The notes: a model not told the origin generated them from the sequence alone. A stretch of DNA of 64,000 nucleotides from Eledone cirrhosa (GCA_964016885.1 OZ024753.1:45632001-45696000); one strand, 5' to 3'; counted from the first letter of the stretch, positions 1-16,788 are shown. Made by a program: numbers and translations.

Positions 1-195
1 TTTTACATATACACTGACACTCACATACACTCACACCCATTCACACGCATCCACAGACACATACACACAAACACATACATACACATATATATATATATAT
101 TTATATACATACACAAAATTAGGTTTAATTTACATTTTTATCTGTCGAATACAAAAAGGTTTTTTAGTAAATTTACTACACTTTCTCCCCCCCCC

Positions 196-236
<41 letters not shown>

Positions 237-239
<3 letters not shown>

Positions 240-402
240 GATATTAAATAAATGGAAATTATATTTATAAAACCATATTTATTTCATTATATATATTTCA
301 GGGATATCATATTAAAAATATACTCCAAATACTTGTTGAGTGCTTTTATATCAGTTATAAATATTTACTCGTTGTAACCCAACAATTTAAATATAACTTT
401 CC
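237..402. mobile_element. Deleted family B element
   Basis: 237-300 matches 46705-46762 (inverted HHR 3' half); 324-402 matches about 47279-47359; (TA)n on both sides. Confidence 0.75.
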
Positions 403-508
403 ATATATATATATATATATATTAAACATTAGTGATTTGTAAAATCGGATGATTCTTTTTGAGACAGCCTGTATATATATAAATATATTATTATTATTGT
501 TATTATTA

Positions 509-605
509 TTTGCCTTTCATCCTTACGAGGTCGATAAAATAAAGTACGAATAATACACTGGGATAATTGCTGGCCTTGTGGCAAAAGTAGAAACAATTAT
601 TATTA
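509..605 (+). mobile_element. tRNA-derived SINE, 5'-truncated
   Basis: TGCCTTTCATCCTTACGAGGTCGATAAAATAAAGTAC...AATTGCTGGCCTTGTGGCAAAAGTAGAAAC plus (ATT)n tail; matches the other copies. Confidence 0.85.
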
Positions 606-1149
606 TGATTATTACAGATTCCCTCCCCATATTACAGGTCCTACTTGTTATGCAAGCAAAACATGTTTTTCAATAGTTATTTCTATTGAAAGAGAGATAT
701 GTTTTGACTTAGAGACACCCAATGGTGTGTGTATATCATATATATAACGACTTACTTGAAATCTCATATCAACTGTGGGACACGACACTTTCTTTCTTGA
801 ACAAGATATTATTCTAAGCTATACTTTTCTCAATATTCGATAAGATTCTATGTATATTTAACTTAGAGGGGAATGCATTAATTTAGAGGATATGCAATCT
901 ATGAGAGACGCTGATCCACTCTCTGCTTCTCTGTAATACTTTAACTTCTCTCTCCCTTTTATATTGACAGTAAGTTATGAAATGATATACATTAGGGGTG
1001 TATACATATATATATATATATATATATACTTAATATATTCTAATCTGCCTATAAATCGCTTACTATCATAAATATGGACTGAAAACGAATACTTCCATAC
1101 ATACATAAAAAATATAAACATATATACATACATACAAACGCACACACAC

Positions 1150-2558
<1,409 letters not shown>

Positions 2559-3818
2559 GTTGTTTTGTAATATGAAAATATTTGTTATAACTTGTTATAT
2601 ATCACCTAAGTTTATACATAGAATACACAGTGTGTTAGATTGTGTGTGTATGTGTGATGTTGTATCGATGTTTTTGTGACTGTATAAACAGTATATGCTT
2701 GCAATTCTACCTTTGCTGAACACATTAATATATATATTCGTTTTTATTTCTCAATAACGAAGCGATTTCGACATATTTATAACTTTATTTTGTATATCTT
2801 AAAAGGCGAGAATATTTTCGTTTATATTTCTTAGCGAGAAATATTTCGATGTGTTATATATGATGCACGAAGTTACATCTCATACACTGTATAGTCAATA
2901 GTATAGAAACATATATTTATATTACATAAGATGATGCAATATATAAGAAAGTGTAACGTATAGAGTTTGGAGTAATTGCATACATTTTAAACTTATTTTC
3001 TAAGATCTAACTCTCAGGCCCGAAGCAGCCGACATTCTGTATACCATCAGCAACACCAATAACACCAAAAGCAAAATCATCCAAAACAACAGGAATGACT
3101 ACAACAGCATCTGTAATATTATCGATAAGAACACAAAAGCAATTTCAATAACATCAACACCAACAATATAAATACAAACGAAGCATTACATATAACAGAC
3201 AACAGCAACAATAACAACAACAACCATGACGAGAGTAGCAGTGACAACAACAACAATATCTTGCAACACATCTATATCAAATTACACTTATTTTATGAAT
3301 AATGCTTTGCAACATAGAAAAAAATAAAATCACATCTCAATTAGATTTTGAGATATCAGACTGTAGAAGAAAACAAAACAAAAAGATAAATGAAGAAACA
3401 ATGGCTTCATCTCACTATAATTATAGAAATACATTAATGAAAAAATGTTAACTACCTGTAGAATTTATGACAGAAATAGTTTAGAAAAACAACGAAAAGG
3501 TGGCGAAATAAATGGCAAATATCTTAAATTTCTAGGTTTTATTCAGTGTAATATGGTGGCATGCAATTATATTCTAAACCATTTAGGATTTGCTAATATA
3601 TGGCTTGTGTTAACTTTGGTGCCAAACTATATGTTAACAATCCATTTCCCGTCCTATCATATTTTATTAATGTAACTTTAATATAATATAATATTATATA
3701 TATATATATGTGTGTGTGTATATACATATATGTATATATATATATATATATAGATACATACATATGTATATATATGTATGTATGCATATATATATGTATA
3801 AATACAGATATATATGCA

Positions 3819-3861
<43 letters not shown>

Positions 3862-4123
3862 TAACATCTCTAAGTCCGATTATATTTTATATACCCATAT
3901 TTGATTAAACCAGATAGTTCAAATAATTAAAAAAAGATGATTATGTAAGAACCGATGCTATTAATCTTGGTACATTTCACCCTCTTTACGTGGATATCTC
4001 TCTATCTCTCTATCTCAAAGTCTGACTATATTTTACTGTAATTCTTTTGATTCGTAGTCTCTTTCTTCTTCTTCTTCTTCTTCTTCTTTATCGGTTTTTG
4101 ATCATCAACTTACACACATACGT

Positions 4124-4175
<52 letters not shown>

Positions 4176-4344
4176 CGTGTGTCCGTTTCTGTCTCTGTGT
4201 GTGTGCTCGTGAATATGTGTGTTCATCTCTCCCCCCCCCCCCTCTCTCTCTTTCCCTCCCTCTTTATCATTCTCCAATCTTTGCTCTCGATCTCATGTAT
4301 GATAGTTTAACTCTTCAATTGTTTATGAGTGACGCCTTCTTATG

Positions 4345-4950
4345 ATGATCATTATTATCCTGAACATCATCACCACCACCATCACCAGCACCCACACCCC
4401 ACCCACATCACCACCACCATCACCAGCACCCCCACCACACCACCATCACCACCACCACAGCCAACCACCACCACCATCACCATCACCACAGCCAACCACC
4501 ACCACCATCACCACAGCCAACCACCACCACCATCACCAGCACCCCCAGCCCAGCACCCCCACCACCCCAGTACCCTCACCCCACCCACATCACCATCATC
4601 AAGTCTCTGCAACTGTTGAATCTCTCAATTCCACTGCAGGTCCATCATTTCTCCTGTCGTTGTCATCCACCTCTTCCACGTCAAACCATTTCTATTTTCT
4701 ACTCAATGTCGTTCATTATCATCTCTTCCTCCATTTCTTCTTCATCTGAAGTGTCATCTTCATCAACCTATCGATCATCATCATCATCATCGTGATCACC
4801 ATCAACAACACTGTCATTGTTATCATCACCCTGGCCACCCTCATCACCACCCTCACCACCATCACCATCATCACCCTCACCACCACCATCATCAGACTGG
4901 CCACCACCACCATCATCACACTGGCCACCACCACCATCATCATCATACTT
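4345..4950. repeat. (CAC/CAT)n degenerate trinucleotide region
   Basis: Read directly from the sequence. Confidence 0.9.
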
Positions 4951-4962
4951 ATCATTATCGTT

Positions 4963-5153
4963 TGGATTGGTAGTATCGGTAGAGGGTCGGACACCATGCT
5001 TTGCATCAAAGAGTTACGGCCCTTTATGGTCTAAGTTCAAATCCCGCCGAAGTTAATTTTGCCTTTCATACTTACGGGGTCGATAAAATAAAGTACCGAT
5101 TTAATCGACTCCCTCCCCCCCCCAATTGCTGGCCTTGTGCCTATACTAGAAAC
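4963..5153 (+). mobile_element. tRNA-derived SINE, near full length
   Basis: A-box-like TGGTAGTATCGG, B-box GTTCAAATCC, family body and tail; probable TSD CATTATYGTT at 4953-4962 and 5154-5163. Confidence 0.88.
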
Positions 5154-5736
5154 CATTATTGTTAAACATTTCACTTTGCCTCCCCCCTCCCCCCTCTCCT
5201 CATTGCTTCACGTATATCTCACTTCCTCTTTAAGTTGCTTTTTCGTAATTTTATTGTTCACAACATCGTGTGAATTAATATTGTTATCATCATTCTTCTT
5301 CTTCTTTTTCTTTTTCTTTTTCTTCTTCTTCTTCTTACTACCTACTACTACTACTACTACTACTATTACTACTACTACTGTTATATCTATGCATTCATAG
5401 GAAAATCTATTCAATTTATATGTCAGAATAAAGTAGAAAATATAAAATAAAGATATGAGAGCCAAGAATAAAACAACATCACCAGTACGATAAAACATGT
5501 TTAACATTGTAATTAAGTATTTATTAGAAATCATTAAAAGTCTATATTTCATTGATAGTGACTCCGAATTAAAAGTGAAAATATATAGAAGGTAGCTTAC
5601 AGCACGTTTCTCACAACCTTTACTATTAAATTTCGATATATAGTTTGCATTTTTTGATATCTCATTCCTTCTCTTATATGTATATATATACATATGTAAG
5701 CATACACATATAAGTATATATATACATATGTAAGCA

Positions 5737-5739
<3 letters not shown>

Positions 5740-5777
<38 letters not shown>

Positions 5778-5892
5778 CATATGTAGGGATATATATATAT
5801 ATATTATATATACATGTATAGGGATATATATATATATATGTGTATATATATATATATATATAGGGAGAGATGTACGTATATATATATATATA

Positions 5893-5930
<38 letters not shown>

Positions 5931-5967
5931 GCATATATAGGGATATATATATATATAGGGAGAGATG

Positions 5968-6012
<45 letters not shown>

Positions 6013-6135
6013 CATATGTAGCGATATATATATATATATAGGGAGATATGTATGTATATATATATATATAATTCTATATATATATAATTCTCTATATATA
6101 TATACATATATATATATAAGGAGTTATATATATAA

Positions 6136-6185
<50 letters not shown>
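5740..6185. repeat. Compound (TA)n minisatellite with GGGA(GA)GATRT spacers
   Basis: Recurrent TAGGGATATA, TAGGGAGAGATG and ATTATATATACAT motifs between TA runs. Confidence 0.85.
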
Positions 6186-6187
<2 letters not shown>

Positions 6188-6516
6188 GCTTACATATAAC
6201 AGAGTAAATAGAATCTGATAGGAGTCTTAACAATGAGATATCTGTGTAATCATACACAAGCATTTATATTCCTTGTATAAATTAGATCCTCCATTTTCTC
6301 ATTTAATTTGTCATCTTGCAAACCTTTCCTTTTCCCATCTTAATCAAATCTCATATTACTGGATGATTAAAGTAAATTTCCCGATATATTCTACCATGTG
6401 TTAACTCATTTGCAGCGAATTGAATATTTGAAATATATATATATATATTCTTAAAGATTGCTTTAAACTTGTTCGTGCTTGGTATCATGCGCAGTCAGCT
6501 AACTTAATCATCATCC

Positions 6517-6574
<58 letters not shown>

Positions 6575-6860
6575 GATAGTCCATACGACAACCGTCAATA
6601 TCACCACCGCCATCTTCTTTTACATCAATTTCCTCATCAACATCAACATCACCAATACTGTTAACATTAAAACAATATATTCCAATAAGAAAACCCTGCA
6701 ATATATATAAAAGAGGAAAGCGAGTGGAACGGAAAAAAGATGGGCTACATTTGCTCTGAATCCACCTTTCTATGTTCTGTGGATTCATACGGTCCTTTAT
6801 CTATTAGACTATTTTATTTAGTCAAAGATACGGTGAGATATTCTATTTTAATTATATATA

Positions 6861-6929
6861 TACTACCCTAAGAATCGAGTACTCTGGCGTGTTATGGTCC
6901 ACCTGGTTCCTTGCCACACTTCCTTCGTT
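6861..6929 (+). mobile_element. Family C 3'-tail-only copy
   Basis: TACTACCCTAAGAATCGAGTACTCTGGCGTGTTATGGTCCACCTGGTTCCTTGCCACACTTCCTTCGTT aligns by eye to 40717-40785; short TA-rich flanks. Confidence 0.75.
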
Positions 6930-8152
6930 GTACGTATGTATGTATATACAAATACACGAATTGAATCATGCATACAAACCCCAACCACACACGTATATAT
7001 ATAATATCAATTAGTATTGCTATTTTGCATTTCAGAAATATTTCTAAATCATTAAACATGGCCTTACACACCTACTCACCGTTTCAATCAGGTGGCTTTG
7101 ACTGGAAATAATTATAAAACCAGTCACATGTTGCAATACGTCAGATGCCTATCGACCCAAATTTCTGTCAGTTAATATCGGCTATAGGTTAAAACATGTC
7201 TAAAACTGAGTGTAAAGTATCAAGATATTTGACATGGCGGGTCACATAAATTGTCATCGATTTCAGTTGAGGTGAGTCACTTAGATGATAAGAAATATAA
7301 ACCATAGAAGAGATAATGACAGCTGCAATGGCCACGATAACACAAGATGGATAACGGAATTAATATTCACAGCATAGTAGGATTTTAGTGTTGAAAATGA
7401 TAACGATAATGCTAATTTCAACAAAATCAGGAAGAAAATTAACAATATAAGAATAATTATTTCGTTGAATCTAATAATTTGAAATTCGTTATTTCTCTCT
7501 TGAATATATATGATTAGCAATTTCTAGTCTAAGTAACTTGATAAGTGAATATAATTTACTGAGAAAATCTAATTCGATTGAAACATACCCTATGCTGAGT
7601 AAGACAAGGAACTCTCTCACTGCACATTCTATAAATTATTCGACATATTTTACACTAAAAAATTTAGAAAGAGAGATTTGTACTCCTATGTATGAAGGTC
7701 ATACATCTCCGGTTATTTCTCGTTTTCCTTCTTTCATAAACACACACACACACATAATATATATAGGGAGGGAGAGAATGATCGTCAGTTGCCTTGAATT
7801 GAACATAAACAAGCCTGGACCAATCCATTTCTAACCACGAATTCAATCAAATGCAATAATAGCCGATCCCACAGAGGGACCTTTATAATCTTCATGATGG
7901 AGGATGAACACACGACATGCTTTACCTCTTATCCACCACCCATCCTCCACCACTATATCTCCGATTTATTTGATTGTCTTCCTTATTCTACTTTTTTTCT
8001 CAGAAAAATACTTTTTTCTCTCTTTATTATCTCCCAACGAATGACTACTCTCAGAAATTGGAGACTCTTTCCAACCGAACCAAGCGTTTAAAAATAATAC
8101 ACTTCCATTGCATTTTATTATTGCCCCTGCTTTGCATTCCATTGGTGACACG

Positions 8153-8269
<117 letters not shown>

Positions 8270-8340
8270 AACGGAAAAAATGAAACGATATTTCATTATA
8301 CATACTTATTTCATTATACATACTTATATATATATATATA

Positions 8341-8537
8341 TAAGTTTATCCCGGGTTCAATCGGGGGTAACCACAGTAAGTAAGGTACTCAATACAAAGC
8401 AGATTTTGAATATCTAATATAGAAAAGGCGTCTACAGGACTAGAACTGTTTCATTCGGGAGAAATCATCAGGTCGGCTTCCTGATGATTTCTCCAGAATG
8501 AAACACTTCTAGTCCTGTAGAAGCCTTTTCTATATTA
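8341..8537. mobile_element. Fold-back Penelope-like/retrozyme-like non-autonomous element, family A
   Basis: Bounded by (TA)n on both sides. Inverted arms of about 58 bp (8415-8472 and 8480-8537) contain the HHR. The minus-strand 3' tail 8341-8414 contains TATTGAGTACC. Homologous to 17624-17722. Confidence 0.75.
8475..8525 (+). ncRNA. Type I hammerhead ribozyme motif, intact core
   Basis: Stem I GGCTTC 8475-8480 / GAAGCC 8520-8525; core CTGATGA 8481-8487; weak stem II (TTCT-CC-AGAA); GAAA 8500-8503; stem III ACA/TGT closing a loop containing CTAG; cleavage triplet GTA 8517-8519. Folded by eye. Confidence 0.8.
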
Positions 8538-9245
8538 AATATATATATATATATAAAATGTGCATCTACATATATATGCTTCACATATCACAGGCTCTTG
8601 CTTCTATTACATGGACTTCAGCCTATATTTCATAAATCCGCCCTTCTCTTTCAAATGTGTGTTTATATGTTTTGAAATTTTAATGTGTGTCTTTTCCATA
8701 TTTCTGATTCGTTAGTAAAATCTATGACTGAATCATTAATAAATTCACATTTTCTCAGTCATAAGACCACGGGACTGATCGTACTGTTTGTCATTTTGGG
8801 TAAATGTATTTTTGATAACCTCGGCTCATATCGATCATTTGTGAATATATTCGGGTAGATGAAATCTGTATGCTATCCAGTCGAATGGATTTTTTTTTAA
8901 CGGTAATTTAAATGTGAAGTTTTTTTTACGTATCGTTTAACGCTGATTCGGTTTGGGAAACATTAATCGTATCATTCTCTGTGGAGTGCTCAACACATTA
9001 GTTTAAGGAGTTGAAGTAGATTTGCATGAAACGGTGAATGCTCATCGGCGATGTCGAAGAGGTTGCCATTATCAGAATCTATGACAGAAGCTGAGTACAT
9101 TTCACGGCTAACAAATAATAGCAAGTTAATTCAATCAACAATATTGAGTACTGGAGATGGTGATATCATTGTAGAGCGGATCTCGTATTCCATTATATAT
9201 ACATACATAAACACACCCACGTGCACACATAGATATATAATTGTG

Positions 9246-9318
<73 letters not shown>

Positions 9319-9403
9319 ATGTACATATATATATATGAATGTGTGTGTATATATATATTTATACATACATACACATATGTATGTCTATGTATGTATGTGT
9401 ATG

Positions 9404-9439
<36 letters not shown>

Positions 9440-10440
9440 TTAGATGTCGCCCTCGCAATTACTAATACGAATAGTTCTTTATTAAATGAAACTCTACATC
9501 AGTAAAGAGACAATTAGATTCTGCAAATAAATCTATTGGATTGCTAGCGATTACTCCTATTGTTGATACTAACAAATGTCTCTCTAGTGGAAAAGACTTC
9601 TTGATAATCTCATTTAGAGATAGGAGAATTTCATCCATTTGCAAAAATCTATTTCTATCACCGTCATTTGTCAATTGTAAATGTAGCATAGGACATCAAT
9701 TTAGATTGGATTTCGTGAAACGCTCATTGATTTTATTTTTCCTATGATTACTTTACGTTATTATACGCCTCTAACTTCGCAAATGAGAATATGTTTAAAG
9801 AATATAATAGATTTAGTTTTAACTTTTTTGTATATATCGTTATTATTATTATTATTATTTATTTTTTTTTTTTGGCAAATCATTTTACGAAACACTGCGT
9901 AATCGCTAATATTTTCATGCACAATATATTACAGTCGTAGCTATGTGGTTAACCATTTTACTTCACAAGGAACATAGCTTCGTGGTTGATCTATTTGAAA
10001 GCTAAGCTAAAGATTCTTGTTTTATAAACACACAAGTGTACACCAAAAAGTAGTGATTTCCAAACTGTTTTCAATCTTGAATTCATCATATTTTTGTATT
10101 CAATAATTCCACATATATAGATTATATTATATTTTGAATCTATCCTCCTAAGACACCCGACCATTGTCATCAAAACGGTACCTATAGTATAATGCTTCTT
10201 TCATTGAAACAACACACCCCAGTAAAAGAGGAAAGTAGGGCATTATTAAAGAAATGTGATAATTCGTTTTTACCTATACTGAAGAATTAAAGAAATGGCC
10301 CATCAAATCATCACAACTTTTTGAAATCAAGTCATTCTGTAATCGTTCCTAAATTCCGATATTACATCTCTGGAAAGCGAAATTTAGTGAATTATCTTTA
10401 GATATTTCCCATAAGATTACCTCTGAAATAACCCCCCACC

Positions 10441-10485
<45 letters not shown>

Positions 10486-11069
10486 GGCAATGTGTGAGCC
10501 TCTACATGTTTCGTTAACATGGTAGATTTTACTGTCAAATATCCATACAGTTTGAATTTAAAAGTAGTCCAGTGTTGCGTTTTATTCCTGAAATGAAAAA
10601 AAAAATATATAGTGTACAGACATTGGCGAAACACCTTTGATTATTTGGTGACATATCTCTTAATTGAGGACAGATTAACTGATAACAAATCAATATTGCC
10701 CCTCCTCACTATAAAAAGAAACAAGAACAAAACTTGTTCATTTGGTGCCAAAACGAAAATCAATGAATAATATGTATCATAGTAGATTCAAATATCACAG
10801 AGAGAGAGAGAGAGAGAGAAAGGTGGGGGAGAAATGAGGTGCAACAGAAATGAAACATGGATTACAGGTTAAAATATAGTCAAGAATCTAGACTATATTT
10901 ATATGAGAAACAAAATGAGGATGGATGTAGTTTATGGAAAACCCAAATGATTTAGAAGTCGACCTGAAGTAGGAGCAATAAGATTAAGAAAGACATGAAC
11001 GACACCATACCATTTTGTATAGAACATTTTAAAAGTAGGTTTATAAGTATGAATTTTCATAAGGTTTAC

Positions 11070-11145
11070 GTGGCTGTCTCAGTGGACGAGTGTTAGGTAC
11101 TAGAGACGATGGAGATCCTGGTCTTGGGTTCAATCCTGGTCAAGA
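11070..11145 (+). pseudogene. tRNA-like remnant or SINE head
   Basis: A-box-like TCTCAGTGG and B-box GGGTTCAATCC at tRNA-like spacing; no complete cloverleaf or anticodon arm resolved. Confidence 0.35.
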
Positions 11146-12151
11146 AGTACATGTAATCGTTTTCAGTTTTTATTTTACACCCATAGAAAAAACTTATAAG
11201 TGATGGCATTCCTTCGTAGATATTTTTTATTCTGGAGTCCTTATTTGTATGTTCCTGGTTGTTATTTTACATATGAAATATAAAAACATTTTCTTTCTTT
11301 AACATCCGAACTAAAAGGAATAATCTTTCATTTGCCGCTAATCAATTTCAATTTCCTACCTTTGCCATCTCACAAGTTCTTCATTTTTACACCACCACCA
11401 TAAATATGACTGGCACCATCACCTCCTACTTCTACTACTACCAGCACGTCGGCGACAACCACCTCCACCATCACTATATTATTTATACATGATTCATCAG
11501 ATACATATGAACTAATTTATTTTACGAGTGTAAAGATTTGATTTTTATATTATAAATTGGAAGCTGCTGAATAGGAAATGTCTCGCGGGAGTGTTTAAAG
11601 ATTGGCAACATTGCATTGTTTCTTTTTAGTGGAGCTTATAAGTCAATAGGTAATAAGATCAAATCGATGAACTGAATATAATTCTCCCGTCGGAATTGCT
11701 GTATTATCATGCATGGTCTACTACGAAAAGTAACATCGCCGTGGAAACTTCAAATAGCTGGAGATGTTACTCATTTTCCAGCCAATGTCCAATAGTTTTA
11801 TGAGATGAATTTTAAATGAATCCTCTATGAAAAATGGCCATAGTTGGCTAAAGTCCAGCTAGAGAGAGTGAGAGAGAAGAGAGCGTGAGAGAGTGAGAGA
11901 GAAGAGAGCGAGAGAGAGGGAGAGGGCGAGAGAGAGAGAGAGAGAACGAACGTTAGTACCATGAATTGATGCTCTATGGAAATCAAGTGATGATGATAAT
12001 AGAAGTAATTATTCACACAAAATCAGTTTCGTTTTCTGTTCCACTGGGACGATCCAATTCTTGGAATCCACTGCGTTATCTAGTCGCTTTTGTTTTCAAA
12101 AGAGGAGACAAAGCGAATAATATTGTGCGCATGTGAATATTATTCGAATAC

Positions 12152-12226
<75 letters not shown>

Positions 12227-12513
12227 GTGCTTGTGTGTCTGTGCGTGAGAGTGTGTGTATTCGAATAATATTCTGATGTGGATGTCATAATTATATCTTA
12301 TCTGACATCTTCCGATCAAGCCCTTATTGTGTAATATACACCTCCAAATATTCTCCTTGAATTATTGGTGGAGTCATAAGACAGCTTTGAACTGAGTCTA
12401 TTTCTTACAGAGAATAAATTAACTGTGGAGATATAAAAGATACAGAAGCGAAAACCAACCAAACAGTGAATGTGTTCTGTTATTATTTCTGGCAATATTA
12501 TTACAATAAGAAA

Positions 12514-12694
12514 TGGATTGGCAGTATCGTTAGAGGGTCGGACACCATGCTTTGCATCAAAGAGTTACGGCCCTTTATGGTCTGAGTTCAAATCCCGCCG
12601 AGTTAACTTTGCCTTTTTTCCTTACGGGGTCGATAAAATAAAGTACCAGTAATGTACTGGGTTAATTGCTGGCCTTGTGCCAAAAGTAGAAACA
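12514..12694 (+). mobile_element. tRNA-derived SINE, near full length
   Basis: A-box-like TGGCAGTATCGT, B-box GAGTTCAAATCC; TSD AATATTATTACAA at 12494-12506 and 12695-12707. Confidence 0.88.
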
Positions 12695-12728
12695 AATATT
12701 ATTACAACAATATGACCCTCCCCAAGTA

Positions 12729-12773
<45 letters not shown>

Positions 12774-13049
12774 AGATAAATAAGGGTAGAGTGGATTTTA
12801 GTCTATTTGTAATTTCATTATCGATATTTAATGGGTGTTGACTGTGATTGGAATTGAACTCAGTATTTAGTGAGCCGGAAGAAATATAGTTACGTAATCG
12901 ATCTGATACTCTAACAATCGATCAAGTTATTGTGAACTATAATATGCACAGACAGATATACACACACATATACGCACGCACATGCACACACTGACACATA
13001 CTATGTGTATGTGCACCTCTATACATTATAATACACAATACGGTGACTG

Positions 13050-13098
<49 letters not shown>

Positions 13099-13153
13099 TG
13101 TGAGGTATGTATCTATGTATGTATATATATATATATACATATCTCTCTCTCTA

Positions 13154-13196
<43 letters not shown>

Positions 13197-13220
13197 TGTG
13201 AGGTATGTATCTATGTATGC

Positions 13221-13262
<42 letters not shown>

Positions 13263-13381
13263 TGTGTGAGGTATGTATCTATGTATGCGTGTATATATAT
13301 ATAGTGTGTGAGGTATGTATCTATGTATGCGTGTATATATATATATATATATATAGTGTGTGAGGTATGTATCTATGTATG

Positions 13382-13430
<49 letters not shown>

Positions 13431-13454
13431 TGTGAGGTATGTATCTATGTATGC

Positions 13455-13488
<34 letters not shown>

Positions 13489-13502
13489 GTAACTATGTAT
13501 GC

Positions 13503-13536
<34 letters not shown>

Positions 13537-13550
13537 GTAACTATGTATGC

Positions 13551-13600
<50 letters not shown>

Positions 13601-13625
13601 GTAACTATGTATGCATGTATATACA
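13050..13625. repeat. Minisatellite of (TA)n plus GTGTGTGAGGTATGTATCTATGTATGCGTG, then (TA)n plus CGTAACTATGTATGCATG units
   Basis: Six copies of the first unit and three of the second. Confidence 0.92.
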
Positions 13626-14018
13626 TAGAATACTGTTATATGTGGACATCCTTTGAAGTAGAGTGAACGATGTATAGCAGACGAAAATAAAAGCAGCGTT
13701 GAGAAATCTTTGCAATATCGTGCGACGGGTAATTATATCTGTGAAGGCTATAATATCAAAAGTCTGGCAGCTTGTGTCTTTCGCGTTATATGTATTGGAG
13801 TCTGGTCGGAATGTTAAATATTCTACGTAATATATGGAATAAATATGAAAATACTGATGAATGAGAAAGTATTATGCATATATGACGCTCGTAAATTGTG
13901 TTATTCCGATTGTATAAACGTATATAGGCTTCCAGTTGAAAATATCGAAAATATTTGGTTAAATGTATATGTGTATATGGAAATGACTACACACTCCACA
14001 CACGTATATACACACACG

Positions 14019-14053
<35 letters not shown>

Positions 14054-15786
14054 CGTCTATATATATATACGCATGTACACTCACATACATGCATATATAT
14101 ACACAGACACACACATTCCCACACATCTATATATATATATATATATATATATGCATTCATATAATACTAACAGTGCGACAGATCTATCAAGCACGCACTC
14201 GTTCAGTGCCCCAGCATTGCTCCTTTATGAAGTTATGTTGACGATCTGTAATCATCTCTCTGGTGTTATAGTGAAAAGGATATGGAGTGAAACCTTGCTC
14301 TTTAACCCAGCGATTACCTCCCTTTTCAGAAGGGAATTGTCGGTGGAAATGAAAATTCTGCCTTCAAGCAAATTTCTTGAAAATATATTAGAGTAGTGAG
14401 CATGGTTCAAATAAACGGTACTGCACTGACTGTGCCTTTGTAGAGTGGAAGAGGATAAAGTTTGTCTTATTGGTCAGAGTGACCGTGGAATCTTGAGGAT
14501 TCTTTCGCGAGCAGCCCTCAAAAATGTCCTCAATTTGTGGACGTTATACTTCTTTTATTGTGACCCATTTTATTTTTTGTTTGTGTGATTAACTTTCCAA
14601 AAGAAGCGGAAATTTCTCTCAGTTGTGAAGAAACAAATTTACATATATATATATATAATTTCTCCTATAGTTTAGATATGTTGGTGATATCAAATAATAA
14701 ATAAACTGAGTATTAAATACTAGGCCTTTCTCAGAAATATTCCAGGCCGAGCACTAATACTGTCATATAATTAACGGTCAATTAGGAAACGAGGTCTTAA
14801 CTCGTTATTCCTTTAATGCGTAGTATTAAGATTGAGCAATCTTGTAAGGTGGTTTTACATTTATTATTTGTCGACATTTTCAATTAATTATCTTTTCATT
14901 ACAATGAAATGCCATTCTCATTAAGGACCATATGGTGCCACATTCATGTATGGAAATAATTAAATTAACAACGAGGAAACCTTAAATAAAATTAACTCGA
15001 TTTAACCAGAACAGGGTGGTGTTATTATGTAACAAAGATTCGTTAAATATTCCTACTAGATTGCCATATGTCACCTTAACCGCAGAGAAATTTCAACAGC
15101 TCTAAATATCATTGAAATAAATTTTGATTTCCAATACGGTGATAATATTGGAACCATTTAAAGTCAGTGGGAAGTATTAGCAATTTCAACAAACAATTTA
15201 CAACAGAAATCCTTAATTTATAAATATAATATGCAATCACTAATGGTATAATATAGAATTTCTATAATGTACGCTTGAAAATATGATTAGAATATCCATA
15301 CGAAAACGCTATGACTCATGTAAAGTTTATTGGCTATATTTAAAGATTGCTACACAGTAGATTAAACCGATATTTATGTAATACTTGTTGTTATTCCAGT
15401 CAATTCTACAGTCTTTTGTGATGCTATTTGGATCCATGTCTGCCAATTTCAAGACGATCCATGATCAGTTAGTTCCCAATCAAGATTAGAAACTATTATA
15501 CATCGAGTAATAGATAGATAATCAGGGAAAGAATTATCATATGTATCCCGAGTATTAAGACTATGATAAACTTTGAGGAAGATATAGCTATGATTTCTGC
15601 CAGGTCTGGCGGCTTCATATAGGTTTATCTAATTTGTGAATGTTTTAGTGGTTTGGGTGAGACTTTAGAAAGCCTTTTCTTCCTTAAGAGAGTAAGAATA
15701 TCGGCACACCTATCTCTTTCTCTCTCTATATATCTATCTATCTATCTCACTCTTTTTCTCTCTCTTTCTCTCTCTCTTTCTCTCTG

Positions 15787-15860
<74 letters not shown>

Positions 15861-16417
15861 TTAGTTTTATTTACAGCAATTATGAACCCATTTGAAAATT
15901 TAGTCTGATAATATAAAATATAAGATTTGGACAAGTAATTTGGGATAAAATAATTTAATATGAAATAATACAAAATATATAATAATACATAATAAAATAT
16001 AAAACACAATGCTAATCAACTAAACAATAACCTAACGAGGTGTAATAGTGTGGAGAGATTTCTACACTCACAATACACCAACACACAGCATACTCTCAGG
16101 AGGAACCTAAATTTGATAAATTTCATGACTTAAAATTTCATGTTGAAAATGAAGAATATCAATTCAGATAATGACATATATTTTCTACAATTATAAATTG
16201 TGAAATCTGTTTTTTTTTTTTCTTTTAAATTTCATGAACGTAAGCATGTATAGTTTGTGTAAAATATATATCTAGTTTTTATTGATACGTTGAGTTTTAT
16301 AAATTTCTAAAAGAATTGCGTGCATATAGGTTCTTTTGTTTTTTGTATCTATTGAGGGTATAGAAAGAATTTTCAGTGAACTTATATACTGTAACGACTT
16401 AGATTCATTACCATGCA

Positions 16418-16570
<153 letters not shown>

Positions 16571-16754
16571 TAGTGTGTGAGAGTGTGTATCTTGCCACAT
16601 AAACATTCAATACTTCCCGTTTTAGAACAAGCAATCGAGGAAAATATGTTCTTTTATATATATATATATGTATAGATATATAGATATATAGATATATATA
16701 TATAATGTATGTATGTATGTATAATATATACATATATTATATATATAATATATA

Positions 16755-16788
<34 letters not shown>

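Noticed and set aside
4329-5056. His/Pro/Thr-rich ORFs
   Set aside because: (CAC/CAT)n repeat running into a SINE; no evidence of coding function.
9051-9689. Short non-repetitive ORFs (9051-9254 plus, 9462-9689 minus)
   Set aside because: No recognisable homology or supported splice structure.
10274-10310. CTGAAGA...GAAATGGCCCATC; similar chance cores at 13854 and 55772
   Set aside because: Stems I and II are missing; expected by chance in AT-rich DNA.
13050-13625. Repeat-spacer pattern superficially like a CRISPR array
   Set aside because: Spacers are just variable (TA)n; eukaryotic context and no cas genes.
14170-14560. GC-richer island within ORF 13845-14396
   Set aside because: The ORF crosses microsatellites and has no recognisable motif; possibly an old TE fragment but not supportable.
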